From assembly GCF_009914755.1 (NCBI RefSeq), contig NC_060929.1: DNA of 64,000 nucleotides; one strand, 5' to 3'. Origin of the DNA: the human T2T-CHM13v2.0 reference genome, Homo sapiens. The position numbers and the translations under genes are program-made. The notes under the pieces were generated by a model. It saw only the letters and a list, made by a program, of their open reading frames with translations, had not been told where the DNA came from and did not search any database. Below, piece by piece: positions 41,281 through 52,729 of this stretch; position 1 is the stretch's first letter; every line of letters begins with the position of its first letter.

Positions 41281-43835
41281 TTTAAAAGAAAAGCCTTTGC
41301 CCTGGGATCTGACTTAAATGTTATATCAATACAGTGTTGACTCATAGCTGAGGCTACTTTAAAATTTTATTAATACTGTTTAGTACATGCCTATATGTAT
41401 GGGTCTCTGTGATCTGCCAGAGCCATTTTTCCTTGGTTGGCTTTTTAGATTTGCTATTTTGCTTTCCTGTACAAACATACCTATGATATCTTTCCAGTCC
41501 TGGACTAGTTGGCCACTGCCCTTCCTGGAAAACACTATACACTAAGATGGTTAAAAAAAAAAAAAAAAAAGGCATCAGCTTTCTGGGGTCTCAGGAATCC
41601 CTGCCTGCTTGTTTGCATTTTCACTCTAAATGACCTTGCATGAGCCGTTGTGCCTTTAGCATGGCATCTGTCCATTTCAATTGTTAAAAGGCTGAGATCA
41701 ATTATCTTGGCAAGAACCAATCTCAAAGACCCATTTCTCATGTTGAGCCACCTGAAACACATTTTGTTCCTGTCATCTCTCCCTTGATGTCACCCAGGAT
41801 CTCTAAAACACAATATTATCTGTCATATTTTCACTAGGTGAAAGAGGTTCAATTATTCTCGAAGTTCAGTGTCTTGCAAACACTGCCATAAAAATTCACC
41901 CACCTCATTAACAAAAATAATTCCAGTATCTCCTCAACCCCCCAAAAATCCCTGCAAGTGCTCTAGTCCTTAAACATTAGTAAGGCCCACACAGGCTGAT
42001 GTGGGGAGTAAGACTCCGGCTGTAAGGCTCACAGCCCTTGGAATCAATAGCACTAGCGGCTTTAAGCCAAGACAAGGCAGATGGGGCACTCTTTTTTTTT
42101 AGCTATAGTTGGTGTAATGTTGGCAAAGGATTTGAGTGGTGATCCTCCTTGTTAACAGGTCTGCCCTCTCTCAGAAGAGAACTGAGGCATGAGCATGAAC
42201 TAAAGATGGAAGGTAATTTGATAGTGTCTGTGGGGACAAGCAGGGCTCTTCGTTCAATCGACAGTATTATAAATATTATAATGGAGTTATTAGTGAGAGC
42301 AGACTGAACAGCAGCTGGATCGTCACAGTCAAAAATGCTATAGCCTCAGGCTTAAATATGAGAGTGTGCAGCTGAAGAAACTGTGCATCGAATGTTTTGT
42401 TCTGCAGAATCCATGGAGCTGCAGAGAAAAGAGCAGTGTATTCTGCAACCTACTCGAGGGAGAAGAGCAGCTCATTATTCAGGAGGGTTTACCCACTATT
42501 TGCTCCTAAGGAACAGTAGCGATGATATCTGAGGGACTCACTTTTGACAAGTGCATGTCTGGTTGAAATATTAAGAACTGTGGAGCATGCCTCTGGAGGA
42601 AAGAAGGCAGCTTAAGAAATCTTAACAGTGTTTTCTGGGATATAAAAATCCCCCAGGTTCCTAGAACACAGCAGTGCGAGCATGCATGAGAGAGAATGCT
42701 GCATGATTATCTCGCACTCTTATTAGGTTCACCAGCTTACACACCCATGCCTGTGGCCACTGGTAAGTCACCATGGAAGTATGGAGACGTCCGCTGGAAC
42801 TCTTGCCCCTACAAAAATTCTAAGGGAAAACAGCAGAAATGAGTTGTTCAAAACCCTACTTACACTATAGATTACTAAGTAACCTCAGGCAAATTTTCTG
42901 CCTTAATTCTTCTTAAGCCTTTTGGGACTAATGGAGGCCTATTAACTTCAAGGTCTTAACTTCAGACCTTAAAAGTTGGTGGGGACTTCAGTGTTAAGAG
43001 GAAGCCATTAAAATGGAGACAGTTCCCTGAAAACAATATTTTGCTAATGGATAGGACTTAATCTGTGGCTTACATATGATAATACACAGCCACTCAGGTT
43101 GCTATAATCTATACATTATTGAAAAGAATTTAAAGGCTGATGAATTACAATTTTTTTCTGCGTAATAGCAGTGCTTGAATTAAAGCAGAAATATTTACTT
43201 ATTAATTATAGCCATTTGGGCCATAATTCTAAGGGTGAGAAAATATTAATAAAAGTGATAATTTTGAAGACAGTTTTAAGAAAGGTCATAAAAAAGAGGC
43301 CTTTTGTTCCTTGGGAAGCAATTTTCTTAGAGTCAGTCTATCCCAAACCCAATCCTTTCTACTCAAAATAGTGTCTTCCTGCACAAAGACCTTCCAAGAA
43401 AGCTAAACTGATGAAATGAGTTACAGGAGAATGAATAATTGCATAATGGATGTGAGGAAACTGATCAGTGAGGTTCCTGGCCAGCTAAGGGGATGAGAAA
43501 GCCAGAAATATCTGAGTCACTGTCTTGTGGAGAGGATGGATTTCCTTGAAATGGCCTTCCACAGCAGATGAGTCCCTTGGCCTTGTCCACCCATTGGCAG
43601 ATGGGTGATGATAAATTGTAGCTTTGAAATATAGATTTAAAGAGCAGCTCTAGAAACTGTCACAAGTTTGTGACCATTCTCATGGTGGGCTTTCTGGTGG
43701 CAGGTGCCTGCTCAACTTCCAGGAAGGACAGACTGGAAGTGTAAGGGAGTTAGCTCTGAAGCAGCCCACAGCCAATGACAAACAGGAGGTGCTGGGCAAA
43801 CAAAGCTCTTACCTCTCTAGAAGGACAATTCTTTA

Positions 43836-44063
43836 ATTTTTTTTTTTTTAAAGATATGGAGTCTCTGTTGTGTAGGCTGAAGTGCAGAGGGACAGTCATG
43901 GTTCACTGCAGCCTTGACCTCCAGGACTCCAGCAATCTTCCCATTTCAGCCTCTGGAGTAGCCAGTATTATGGAAATGCAGCACTATGCCCAGTTAATTT
44001 GTTTTTCAGTTTTTCAGAGATGGAATCTTGCTATTTTGCCTAGGCTGGTCTCAAATTCCTAGG
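43836..44063 (-). mobile_element. AluJ, 5'-truncated and diverged
   Basis: ggttcactgcagccttgacctcc, ggctggtctcaaattcctagg; acaattct occurs on both flanks. Confidence 0.9.
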
Positions 44064-44109
44064 GGAGAAACAATTCTGAGCCTTGCTGAACACAGAGCCC
44101 CAATTTCCA

Positions 44110-44352
44110 ACAGCAATAACAACATATTCATCAGTGCGACACACACTGTTTTATATACGGAATAGAAATTGTGCTAGGCGAAAACATCCAATACAACAAA
44201 GGAGTTGGAGATTATTAGGAAAGCAAAGAGAGAGGTGTGTTAGGCCCAGGATGGGTGGAGATTTCTGCTAGGGTTGTTGGAGGTTGGGGACTAAGTACCC
44301 ATCTTCTTTATGCCCCCAAACCTCAGGAGCCCTGTGTGACTGTGCCATAATT
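44110..44352 (+). repeat. Copy 1 of a local ~200-250 bp direct repeat
   Basis: Aligns by eye to 46127-46390. Confidence 0.85.
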
Positions 44353-46126
44353 CTCTAGTGTGCATTTGAAATTTAAGTCCAGGGGTCTATTTCTCAGGGC
44401 CCAATTGCCTATGGCCACTGGGCTCTTCAGATGGTTGAGAAGCCATCTCTCCTTTTGGATTCTCATTTTTTATTTCTCTTGTACTCTTCCACCTTCTAAA
44501 GAGGAATCTATCTTTACAAATAGTCTGGAAAATTTTAGAGAAAATGAGAAGGTAAGGGAATATTTGGCCCAAACCACAGACCAGCTGGACTCTTGTTCCT
44601 TCTGATCTCCTTCCCACTTCCCTGCGTCTGTGGCATTGGCAAAGACAGAAACATGAGTTTGCAGGACAGCTTACAACATCATCGTTCCAGGGGAAAAAAA
44701 AAATATTCGTGCATGTGGTAGGTGGCTCCACAGTGTAATTTCAAACACAGTGGTTCAGTGACCCTGGGTTTGTTAAGAGAGTTCAGGATGCATGACAACA
44801 AAGTGTCTCAATTCTTGATCATCGACCCCCTTCCCATCCCAGGTAAGGACAAGCCTTTGTGTCCAGGCTGACGTGGAGAGCAGTGTGCAGTTTCTGAGAG
44901 ATGCTGATCAGAAGCAAGTGTCCTAACCATGCTCTGTAAGGCTGCAATGCTGTGTCCTTCTTAAGCAAAGGAATACTCACTGTAACATCAATTAAGGATC
45001 ATGTAGAAAAAGAAATTCTTTGAGTTTACCAATGAAGAAATATAAGAAAATACTGTTCTGTCCTTATCAATAAGAAACACAGAGAGCCATTAACCTAATA
45101 TAGGAAGTCACGAATACTGAATGGCTGTGCCTTCCCCAAAGAGAGACAGTGGAATGTGAGCCCTTCTTTCTTTCTTGTCTTTCAGAATCAATGCAGGACA
45201 GGAAGTGGAAAAGAGATGGATAATTGAATTTGGTTTTGGCCTGTTCATCCCTGTGCTCTCCAAGAGCTATCTATAATTTCTCCTCCCTTCAGTTCCTGTG
45301 TTCACAGTCTCGGAAGATGTCACTGCCAGAACAACTCTCTCAACAAACAAAACGAAACCCTCAGCAGGGAGCCTCATGGAAGGGAATTAGGGCTTAGGAT
45401 ACATCTCCTCCCAGAAGTCAATTTAGCCCTAAGATTTGGAGTATGTTTCCCTGGCCTTTACACATAGAAAAGGCAAAGGCCTAGAAGATCTCCTTCTACA
45501 CATCATGTCAGGGTCAGCTTCTGGGAAAGTGGAAGCAGAAATGTTTTCCTGGCCAGTAAAGATGCTGCAAGTTGAGAGAACAAAAAACCCACTGGGCTGA
45601 TCAGAGAGGGAAAAAAGTGAAGATTATCCATTGAATTCATGCTTGGACTTCAGGTCAGCAGAGTCCAGCTGCTGGCAGATCCCTTAGGTGAACATTCTTA
45701 TAGCCTTCCTGCTGCCCCTCCTGGCCTGCATTTTCTAAACAGAGACAGGAAGATTGGACACAGAGACAGATACCCAGGCCAACTTCTGAAATCCGAGGAC
45801 CAATAACTATAGCCCAGATATCTTCCTTCCATGTCCCACAGGGAGCCTGTGTCCCTATAAGCCCCATGAGTCTGTGTCCCTAGTCAGCACCCAGCAGGAT
45901 AAACCAAGGGTCCCAGGAAGCTGAGGGCACTGTCACCATCTTAAGAGATGTGTGTTTCATTACCAGAGAAGTCTCTTACAACCCTTCCAGAGAAGAAAGT
46001 CTAACTCAGATAATCATCTCTATACAGTGAGAAATTGTATTAGCACTTCTAGGAGCACATCTTCTGAAGAAGGCCTCTGCTTTTTCCAATCAGTGATGTC
46101 TCTTCTTTCTCATAGTAGCTGGGACT

Positions 46127-46390
46127 ACAGCAATAACATACTCATTAGTGCAACACACATTGGACAATATATGGAATGCATAGAAATTGTACTAGGCAAA
46201 AACATACAATAAAACAAATGAGTTGGAGATTATCAGGAAAGCAAAGAGAAATGTGTGTTAGGCCCAGGATTGGTGGAGGTTTCTGCTAAGGTCAGTGAAG
46301 GGCTGGGTCAAGTGTCCACCCTCTTCATTCAGAATACGTTTTGTTTCTTCATATAGGAGAGTGAACTCTTCTGTCTGTGCCATGGTTTGG
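46127..46390 (+). repeat. Copy 2 of the local direct repeat
   Basis: Shares atagaaattgt(g/a)ctaggc, gagttggagattat, aggaaagcaaagaga and gtgtgttaggcccaggat with copy 1. Confidence 0.85.
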
Positions 46391-46475
46391 ACTGAGGTTT
46401 GTAGTATCCTGGGAGCTTGGGGTTTGAGGAAGACAGTGTCAGTCTCAGATTTAATATAGTGCCTTTTTAGCCTTC

Positions 46476-46896
46476 TTTATTAGTCCATTCTCACATTGCT
46501 AAGAAGAAATACCAGGGACTGAGTAATTTATAAGAAAAGAGGCTTAATTGGTTGACAGTTCTGCAGGCTCTCTACGAAGCATGGTGGCATCTGCTTCTGT
46601 GGAGGCCTCAGGGAGCTTTTACTCATAGTGGAAGGCAAAGCCAGAGCAGGCAGTTTACATGGGGAAGGCAGGATCAAGAGAGTGAGGGGGATGGTGCCAC
46701 ACATTTTCAAATACCAGACCCCATGAGAACTCACTATCACAAGGACAGTACCAAGAAGGCTGATATTAACTAATATCAGCCATTAATGAGAAATCCACCC
46801 CCGTGATCCAGTCACCTCCCACCAAGCCCCACCTCCAACACAGGGGATGACCATTCAACATGAGATTTGGTGGGAACACAGATCCAAATCATGTCA
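46476..46896 (-). mobile_element. MSTA/MSTB MaLR solo LTR
   Basis: tattagtccattctcacattgcta...gagatttggtgggaacacagatccaaatcatgtca; TSD ccttc / ccttt. Confidence 0.92.
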
Positions 46897-47869
46897 CCTT
46901 TTAAAGAGAGGCCAGATGCATGCAGGGGGATTGTGAGGAGCTTTGCACACCCACTCCCATCCAAGATCTTTTCAATCTGCTAGAATATCTTAACTTTAAA
47001 ATATAGTTAACTTGTATAACTGTCATTGGACAAGGTAGACAAGGGCAAAGAGTGGGGGCCAAGTATAAAGTCATTCAAAAACTTTCCAAAATGAGAATAA
47101 TCAAGTAAAGTTCTAGCCCTAAAACCTGGCCCAGGCAGTTCTTTCCCTGTTTCCTCACTATCTTGATCTTCACATAGCTGGGGAGAGGAGGGTTACAGCG
47201 AAACAATACAGCCAGAAATCCTTTCACTAAGCTTCCAGAAAGGGCAAGAGATAAGCAGCTTCACATATCACAAAAGTAGAAACTGGAAGATTAGAGATGG
47301 CAAGACCTCAAATTACACAGTTGGGGTACAGCCTTTGACCTTGGATCTCTTAGTGGGGAAATAGCTGTCACCAGCCCCAAAACCCTGATCCCTTCTGGAT
47401 GTAGCCTGGGAGGCAGTATGAACTTCACACCTATTATCTTAGTATTAATGAAATTGGACAGAAATCCAGCCCACTGACATTCCTTTATACTCTTTTATTG
47501 TGAAGAATCATCTGAAAAAATGATAGAAAATACAAGAAGCTGTTTTAAGCAACAAAAGGTAAAGTAATGACTTGCAGAATTAACAAGTTTGGGAATAGGC
47601 CTGCGTCAAGCACTGGGGTACTGCATGGGCTCAGCTGATACCCTTAGGATTCTGTTTCCTTCTATTTCACAGCTCTATCCTATTGTTTCTTCATTCTCAG
47701 GTGTCATGTGGTAGAAATTGGTCTTTTAGCAAGTCTAAAGTGAAACCCTTCCAGGTTCAAGTGCAACTGAAAACATGGTGCCTCTCTCACAAGAATTCCT
47801 ATAAGAGCCTCATTTTCCTTCTTGGACCTAGTTGGGTAACATGTCCATCCCTGAACCAGTCACTGGGGA

Positions 47870-47909
<40 letters not shown>

Positions 47910-49229
47910 CTTTGCCTGAGACACTACCCACCCTTGGGTTTAGTGTAAGGGTAGAAGACAACTCCACCTATACATGGATAGAAACAAAAGAATGGAGGTA
48001 GTTTCCCTAGAAATGAATGTTGATACTTGCTTCCAAGTCTAAAACAGTTATAAAATAAGCAGAATAACTTGCTTGCCACTAAATCTCAATGAGCTGTACT
48101 TCTCAGTGACAAAAAAAGTAATTAAATCTAGCTCGAAATAGACATCATAACAAATGACTAATAATCCAGATTTTCTGTCATCTCTCATCCAACACAAAAT
48201 AGATCCCTATAATCTATTAATCCATTTATAGAGAGATTTATGTTCAGACTATAAAACCACGCTTGCAATCATTACTGCCACCAATTATAAATACCTTTTT
48301 GTCTATAAACCAACCAATAATAAAAACAAAATCCAAAGTGAGCAGAGATGGAGGAAATCTAGAGAAACAGAGATTGAGCAAAAATAAAGTACTATTGCCA
48401 GTCTTGGTTTCCTCTGTAAGCCAAGACATGCTGGGACTGTACTGCCTATGAGGTGCCCTTCTTGGGCAATAAAGTGAAACTTGGCCTTCTCGGGAATCCT
48501 TCACACATCTCAGTGAATGACCTCCAAAAATAATAAAAAGCGATTTTCAGTGAAACAGGTCATAATTACTCTCATACTGATATAAAAAGAACACTGTCAA
48601 AGGTTTATTTAACTCGCTGATTAATGAGAAAACCAATAAATGCTTCAATTAATTCTAAGGAAAATCTAAAATACCCAAACAATATAGGGAGACAAGAAAT
48701 GCTGAAAAGAATTTCCAAATAGACACCAAATGGGTCTATTCATAAGATACTAACCAATTACATTCTACCGGGCACAATGAATGTACGTATCATTGGACAG
48801 GAAGCATTTGCATTATTATCGGTTTTATACAATTTACAGAGATGTAAAGTAGCTCAAACTTATGGAATACAGAGATAATTCAGAGGAAATTTAATATTCA
48901 AAAGAGTACTTTTTGCCATTTCAAAGTCTTTCACAGTATCTCATGACACCCCAGTATACCTCAATAGGCATTCCATTTAGCAAGAGGCATGTGACCCCAT
49001 TCTCATACTGTACACTCTATTACATTGTAACAAAAGAAGAGATTTTTCCTAACTTTCTAGTCTCATAATATCTTTAGTGATATAGCTCTCCTAATTTTGT
49101 TTGAATCCCCTTATTCCTAGAACCGAACTACAAGCCATGGATGTTAGACCAACATAGTGTAAGTTCATCATATGGTACTCAAAGTCACCTCTCCTTACCA
49201 CAATATAAGTAACTAAATGACATATCTTA

Positions 49230-50170
49230 TTTTTTATATACCCTATATAGGCTATTTATATTCTTTATTATGTTCTGTGTTGACACTTAACAGTTCTTTA
49301 TTTTGCAGCATTTGTTTATGAAATTCCTTTCAGATACACTCTATGTTCCACTTACATTTTACAGTGGCCACATTCATCTGATTCCATTCTTTTGTTCATT
49401 GAACATTCTTTATTTAAAAAAAATTCAACATTAGTATCATGAGCTGGTATTCTGAACATGTACTGGCATAAATTTAACAACTTTGAGAATTGCTTTTCAA
49501 ATTTGATTTGTTGAAACACATAATGGATATCTTTCATAATGGAACTTCCTTTATTTTCTTTTTCAGGATTACATTAATTCTCTTGATGAACAACCTTTTA
49601 AATTGTTGTCTGCTAATAAAAATAGAACATTGTCATCAAATTTTAATCCCTCTTTTCTCAACATACACATAATGATACTCCTGGTTTCCATACTGGAAGA
49701 ATATTTAATAACATTAACATAAAAGAATTGGATTCAATTGAATTTGGCTTCAAATGATAGTCATGACAATCACCATAAATACCCACTTCAGCTCAGAATG
49801 TCCTGTGCACAGGTAATATTTCTTTTAAGAACCTTGATATATACAAGAGTGAAGTTTTTGTAATTTATCTCTTTAACATATTGAACAAGTTCTCCCAAGC
49901 AATGGAATATGTCAATAACAGTGTTTGCACTTCTTTCAATTTACATAATTCTGTTGCTAAGGAGACACTGAATATGACAAACAAGAAATAAATAGGCCTC
50001 ACAATAAATTATTTAAAATGTCAAGAGGAATTTTTGAGATTATTCCATCAGAATGAAATATTATTTCAATACATCAAATAAAAAGAGAAATCTCTCAACT
50101 CGATTTGATGAGAAGAGCCAATGGTTTTAAGATATGAAAGAACTGAAAAACCCTAACCTCCAAATGTTTT
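49230..50170 (-). mobile_element. hAT transposase fossil (Blackjack-like)
   Basis: The minus strand encodes HWLFSSNRVER (RW-motif-like, ~50095-50125), then CQYMFRIPAHDTNVE and, after a frameshift, Q*TKEWNQMNVATVK, resembling the hAT C-terminal dimerisation domain. Confidence 0.65.
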
Positions 50171-50379
50171 ACAGAAGTTTTACCAAATTTTTTCAAAAGC
50201 TTATCTTATGCAGGTTGTCTTATAAAACTTGTTACCCAGATCATTTCATAGGCTAATCTGTAACATTACTTTCAAAATTTAATAATACAAGAAAATCACT
50301 TAGAGACATAAATTCAAGTGTATGAATAAGATATTAGTTAAGAAAATACAACAATATATTTCTAAAATCACATTCAATT

Positions 50380-50585
50380 AGGCTATATATCAGGAATGAA
50401 AGGCTGGTGCAACATAAGCAAATGTATAAATATACTTCAAAATAACAGATTAAAGAAGAAAATTACATATTCTTTCCGTAGATAAAAGACTATATTTTAA
50501 AGCATAAATATCAATTTAAGAATTTAATATGTTTTAGCAAACAGAAAACTTCCTTAGCTACTTAACCCTTATAAAACAAAAGTTG
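50380..50585 (+). mobile_element. Old L1M ORF2 fragment
   Basis: caggaatgaaaggctggtgcaacata...aacagattaaagaagaaaattacatat. Confidence 0.55.
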
Positions 50586-50600
50586 AAAGATGGTTAATAC

Positions 50601-50872
50601 TGTGATGGTTAATACTGAATGTCAACTCGAATGGATTGAAGGATGCAAAAAACCTCCCAGCCTACATCTTTCTGCTGTGCTGGATGCTTCCTGCCCTCGA
50701 ACATTGGACTGGAAGTTCTTCAGTTTTGGTACTCAGACTAGCTCTCCATGCTTCTCAGCTTGCAGACAGCCTATTGTGGAACCTTGTGATCTTGTGAGTT
50801 AATACTTAATAAACTCTCTATTATGTATATATATCCATCCTATTAGTTGAGTCCCTCTAGAGAACCCTGACA
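50601..50872 (+). mobile_element. 5' MLT2A LTR with an internal deletion
   Basis: tgtgatggttaatactga...gaaggatgcaaa is joined to cctcccagcctac; the 3' LTR has ~170 extra bp at this point. A degenerate Leu PBS (tgtagctggagtggttc) follows. Confidence 0.92.
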
Positions 50873-50965
50873 GATTTTTGTAGCTGGAGTGGTTCTAAAG
50901 GAACAGAATATTAAGGATGGAGTTCTTTCATTGGTTTTGGGGTTTCTGGAGTTGGCTGCTTAATA

Positions 50966-52610
50966 TGATTAGACCCAAAAATGCTAAGGACTTTACTTCT
51001 AATAGTATGGAAAATACTGATATTCCTTGCATGAACTGTTTAGAGAATTATACAAAATAAACACATTTGCCAGTCCTGATTGATTGTAGTGACTTTATAC
51101 ATAATACCTTTCACCATATGTGGAGAACCAACGAACTTAATGAAGCTGGTTGGTTGCTCCGAAGTTCACTGGACAAAGTGATGAGAGAAAATGATAAACT
51201 CAGGCATTCTATCTCCCAGCTTCAAGAGCAAATGCTGAGCCTCAAATCTGCTAAGATTGCCCTGAGTGAGTCTTATCTCCTGTAGAGAAGGAGTCGAAAT
51301 TGTGGAAAAACAGACATATGCTCTTATTATGCGAGTGGCTGACCTGCAATGAAAGGTGCACGCATAGCCTCACCAAGTGTCTACTGTTAAACTGAGGGTA
51401 TTGATTGGAAACCCTGCAACTTGGAATGGGGATGTGTGGGAGGACCCTGATGAGGCTGGGGTCACTGAGCTTGTAAACTCTGATGAACCTTTTTTTGCCA
51501 GAAAAAAACAGCTTCCCCATCCCCAAGTAGTGGCAACATCCCCATCCCAGTGCTGCCATCAGCCTTTCTGCTTTTCTCTGAGGAGATAAACCCTGTGCTG
51601 CCTATGGCAATAGTGATGGCCTCCCTGAAGCAGTTGCCAGGCAAGATAATGTTGATTCTCCTCACAAGCCACTCCCAACACCTCTGTTTGCTTCTAGACC
51701 TATAACTAAAGTCCTGTTGGGCCCCTAGAGATGAGGGGGAGAGTGTGACCCATGAGGAGGTGTGCTACACTGGAAAATAAGTGCTTGAGTTTTTAATTTA
51801 TATAAGCAGAAATCTAGAGAACAGGCATGGGAATGGATATTAAGGGTGTGGGATAATGGTGGCAGGATCACAGAATTGGATCAAGTTGAATTTATTGATT
51901 TGGGCCCACTAAGCAGACACTCTGCATTTAATGTTGCAGCTCAGGGAGTTAAAAAAGAGTCTAATAGTTTATCTGCTTGGTTAGTTGAAATATGGATTAA
52001 AAGATGGCCCACTGTGAGCGAGCTGGAAATGCCTGCTTCCCCTTGGTTTAATGGAGAGGAAGAGATCCAAAGACTTGAGGAGATTGGGATGATGGAGTGG
52101 AATAGTCACTTTAGACTTATTCATCTCAGCTGGGAGGGTCTAGAAGATGTACCCTTGACCAATGCCTTGCCAAAAGATTTGTGAGGACAGCCCCTGTATC
52201 TTTAAAGAGCCCTGTAATTGCTCTTCTCTGTATGTCAGATCTAACAGCGAGAATCTCAGTCACTGAACTACAAAATTTAAATACAATGAGAATAATTGGA
52301 TCCTGAGGTGGCAGGCGCCAAGTGGTGGCACTCAACCATCAAAGGAAAGGTGGGCATAGCTACCTTAATGGACAGCAGAGGCAAAGCAGCAATCAGAATA
52401 GTCTGACTTACGTAGAGCTCTGGCATTAGTTAATCACGGTGTTCCTAGAAGTGAAATTGACAGAAAGCCTACTACATTCCTACTTAAATCATATAACCAG
52501 AAAACTTCTAGGTCAAATGGACAAAAGACAAATTTGAATTATAAAAACAGAGAATGACAGGCCCTCAGTTTCTGGACTTGAGCCAGTTTACAGACCCAGA
52601 AATGCTTGAA
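50966..52610 (+). pseudogene. gag: HERV-L gag pseudogene
   Basis: Starts atgattagacccaaaaatgct; fragments HNTFHHMWRT, WNGDVWEDPDEAG, WDNGGRITELDQVEFIDLGPL; multiple stops and frameshifts. Confidence 0.9.
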
Positions 52611-52729
52611 TGAAGGGGAAGCCAGTTGTCTTGAGGAAGGACCCCACTACACTACCAATAATTTATGCTGTTAATCTTTCTCCCAACCTTCCCCATGGAG
52701 ACCTCTAGCCTTTTACTAGGGTATCTGTG

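Noticed and set aside
47875-47907. Pure poly-T of 33 nt as an orphan retroposon tail
   Set aside because: No TSD or attached element body; likely a homopolymer expansion inside an old MaLR-like LTR.
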